Origin: Mobula birostris
Taxonomy: Eukaryota
Assembly (NCBI RefSeq): GCF_030028105.1
Contig: NC_092379.1
Location: forward strand, 21,057,309 to 21,121,308
DNA length: 64,000 nucleotides
Reading direction: 5' to 3'
Shown: in pieces, positions 61,241 through 64,000 of the stretch
How positions within the stretch are numbered: the stretch's first letter is position 1
How the letters are laid out: every line of letters begins with the position of its first letter
Notes under the pieces: generated by a model
Told to the model about the DNA's origin: nothing
The model's input: the letters and a program-made list of their open reading frames with translations, nothing else
Database searches by the model: none
Position numbers and translations under genes: made by a program

Positions 61241-62127
61241 TGTTGGCCTAAGGTGGCTTCCCCCACATCATGCCTGGATCTGCTGTAGATTAATTGACTG
61301 AAATTGTTTGCAATCATTCATCAACAACTCCATGATCACTGTGTCATGTGACAGGGGACTGAACCCAGCAGGATTTAATCGTGAGCAGTGTCCTGCAATG
61401 ATCTTTGTTGGCCCTGCAACTATTCACTGATGTTACTAATGCTGTGGATGATGGGACACAAAGCCATGTCTATGAGTGTCCAGCAAATGAAAAGCAGACT
61501 CCACAGGAAATAGAATGGCAGGGAGGTTTAAAGTGCACAGATGGAAATAGATGAAGTGAACAGGACAACTGGAACAAAGCGAAATCATTGACTGGGGCAA
61601 GCAAGTTGCAGAGATAAAAAGAGAAATTTTCCATGGGAGATTCGAAAATCAGCACCAGAATTTTCAGTCTGGAGGAATCCCAGGCTCAGTCCGAACAGAT
61701 ATGAGGCAGCTCATTGATTCAGATCAATATCATAAATGGATCTACAGACTCTCACGTGCACTGAGACAAGATTTCAGGAAAGGTTGTCTTTGATCAGAAA
61801 CAGCATCACTCATGGCAATTCACAGCTCCATTAGTGAATTTTATTGGCAATACAGCAGCTAAATGTCATGTGGCTGGGCAACTGTCCTGCAGTCCCTGCT
61901 GTGACCTGACTGGGTCCCGAGGAAATAAGCTCCTTGATGTTTGATTTTGCTTTCTCAGTCAAAGGTTGTAAGCAGAGATGAGCAACCCACTCTGTAAACA
62001 AACCTGATTTCATTCCATTGTACAATTATGTACAAATTGACCTTCAGGATAAGTCTGAGCTGAAGTTGTCAAGCCAGCTGACAGCAAATATTGTCCAGTT
62101 TGTAAATTTTCTATTTCTCATCTACAG

Positions 62128-62430
62128 AGTTGTCGGTCTTTATCCAAAATCCCTCCATTGAAGAGATGTGGATCAACCAGACCGCTACTGTGGTGTGTGT
62201 GATTGTGGGTGCTGATCTGAGCCAGGTCCAAATCCACTGGCAGGTGAACGAGAGGGAGAAAATCAGAGCAAACATGACCAGAAAACTGAGAGAGGAAGGA
62301 ATCCAAGACACAGTGATCAGCCAACTCCAGACCAGTGTGGAGGAGTGGACCAGTGGGGTGGAGTACACTTGCTCTGCCCAACAATCTTCTTCAACCTCAG
62401 CAGTATCAGCACAAACAAAAAGTACCAAAG
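62128..62430 (+). CDS. IgW: IgW constant exon of CH3 type (IgNAR C2 homologue), lying 3' of the tailpiece exon
   Basis: Acceptor CTACAG|AG and donor G|GTGGGC; 303 bp, phase 1-1, open: ELSVFIQNPSIEEMWINQTATVVCVIV..IHWQVN..TVISQLQTSVEEWTSGVEYTCSAQQSSSTSAVSAQTKSTK. SVEEW.SGVEYTCSA matches IgNAR C2 / IgW CH3 as I recall them. Confidence 0.88.
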
Positions 62431-62519
62431 GTGGGCAAGAGGTCAGCAATTAAAATGGACAACGATGGTTACCTCAGTAAAAATGTTTAACATTCCCATT
62501 GTTTGCCCATCAGTTCCAG

Positions 62520-62837
62520 TGGAGACAAAAAGTCCCAAAGTCAGACTGCTGCCACCGCCAGAGGGAGAGACCAAGAGTGGGAACACGGTCACCCTCGAGT
62601 GTGTTGCCTCTGGATTCTACCCAAACCAAATAACCGTCACCTGGGAGAAAGGGGACTCTCTGATCTCCTCCAACATCAGTGTGAGACCAACTGCTCTGGA
62701 ACAGGCAGGGACTTTCATTGCCCGCTACGTCCTGACCGTGAGCACAGAGGAGTGGAAGGAAGGCTCAGTTTTCAGATGCACAGTGTCTCATCCCCCCTCC
62801 AACACCAGTGTCAGGCAGGGTGTGAGAAACATTCAAG
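62520..62837 (+). CDS. IgW: IgW constant exon of CH4 type (IgNAR C3 homologue)
   Basis: Acceptor TTCCAG|TG (an alternative in-frame AG lies 6 nt upstream) and donor G|GTATGA; 318 bp: VETKSPKVRLLPPPEG..VTLECVASGFYPNQITVTWEK..PTALEQAGTF..TCTVSHPPS-like CTVSHPPSNTSVRQGVRNIQ. PTALEQ and SHPPS match IgNAR C3 / IgW CH4 as I recall them. Confidence 0.88.
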
Positions 62838-64000
62838 GTATGATTCTGAGATTCACTCCACTGTTGACATCCTCTGCCACAGTCACAACCCAGGGACAAG
62901 CAAGGTCAATAGGTAACGGCAAGTCTGGCATTGTTGTAGTTGTGTGAGTGGATTAATAATGCAGAGGCAGAGAGTGGGAAAGAAGCAGAGTTCATCCGAT
63001 GCTTTCAAAACTTGGCTCACTTCTAAAATACCAACACAAGGTCTGTCTGTCCATCAGTAAATATCCATCTGGGCCCCTCTGTCACATCTCAGACAGATGT
63101 GTGAGAGTGCAGCACCCACTCAGTACAAGTACCAGGATCATTGACCTACAGTCTGTTCCCAAGCCTCAGGACACATCCGGGCCAGATTCTAGTTTTAGAT
63201 TACAAACTATTTCTCTGATGTTCTTTGGTGAAGGACACTGGCCTTCCTACCCTGTTCACCCGTATCCATCAGTCTCACACCAAACTCTTCACTGCTCTGT
63301 GACGGACCTGCTAGAGCAGAGCAAGGAATGTTGGGCTTGTCAGTGAGGGAATAATGAAATAATGACTGCAAGATCAACGTTTGCACACCAACGTCTCAGA
63401 GACATGAAGCAAGTCTATCTGTCAGCAGAACTGGAGAAACTGAGTTTCACTGGAACAGGCATTGTGGAATGTAACTGGACATCAGACAGTTGTTGAGTTC
63501 CAGTAAACCAGAGAGATGCACAGTACTCAGCCAGGCACAGAACTAGTGCTGAAGCAATGGTACAGAGTACACTTGTGATGCTATCTCAATGTTATCCCTT
63601 TCTCTGTTCACAAGTGTTTTCTAACCCACTGAACACTTTCTACAATTTCTCTTTCAATTCCAAAAGTGAAAAGCCTTTACATTTTAGATGTGGTGAAATC
63701 ATTGGTGGTGTAAACATTGGCCTGGATGGAGTAGGAGCAGAATATTCCAAGAAAACATCAGATGAATAAAAAGTCCATTCCCAATAGGAACCCTCTGCAG
63801 TGTCTATTCCCCACCAGATGAGATGGAAAGAAGTTGGGTCACTGGGTTCACTGCAGAGAGATTCCCATGGACAGAATGGCCAACGACAACACTGGTCAAC
63901 CTTTCATTGTTTTCAAATCTTTTTATTTTTATATACAGGAAAAATAACATGAGTACATCGAAGTAACAACACTTACAATGCCTCAAAAAAAACATTATCT

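Noticed and set aside
61305-61385. CACTGTG at 61337 with a downstream GTGAGC, as a possible J for the CH3-CH4 exons
   Set aside because: The nonamer is only about 4/9 and there is no W/F-G-x-G or TVT/TVS motif, so there is no support for a second cluster between CH6 and CH3.
62838-62947. Read-through of the CH4 donor as a secretory tail (GMILRFT...GIVVVV*)
   Set aside because: The peptide has no Cys or tailpiece motif, there is no nearby AATAAA, and the GTATGA donor is good.
62838-64000. Search for IgW transmembrane or cytoplasmic exons
   Set aside because: No hydrophobic segment with a CART-like motif (TFxxLFLLSxxY) was found here or elsewhere in the window. TM exons, if present, lie outside it.

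Overview
This is eukaryotic, repeat-rich genomic DNA from a cartilaginous fish. It is probably a batoid (ray), judging from the CR1 tails and the IgX/IgW-like secretory tail; that is an inference. Most of the window is decayed retroelements (CR1, Rex1/Babar, RTE-BovB, Penelope, a deleted Gypsy) plus hAT and Tc1-derived DNA elements. The main host locus is a + strand IgW (IgX/omega) heavy-chain minilocus starting at about 32.8 kb: leader exon, V exon already fused to D sequence (31 nt after the second Cys codon, then a 12-bp RSS), one J behind a 23-spaced heptamer, an 11.7 kb J-C intron, then C exons. The C exons appear in the order CH1, CH2, Cys-rich short secretory exon, CH5-type, CH6-type with canonical tailpiece, and only then, after 9 kb of mostly CR1, CH3-type and CH4-type exons. 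That order is not the canonical CH1-CH6. Other notable points: J has Leu instead of the conserved Trp (LGGG for WGxG); there are two extra candidate 4-Cys secretory tail exons; a G4-prone 43-bp minisatellite and a near full-length CR1 carrying a strong splice donor lie in the J-C intron; a palindromic MITE with an 8-bp TSD lies between CH1 and CH2; and a CpG-island promoter sits near 1.0-1.35 kb. No transmembrane exon is visible in the window. Domain numbering rests on my recollection of shark IgNAR/IgW and skate IgX sequences, not on a database search. Repeat boundaries are approximate.
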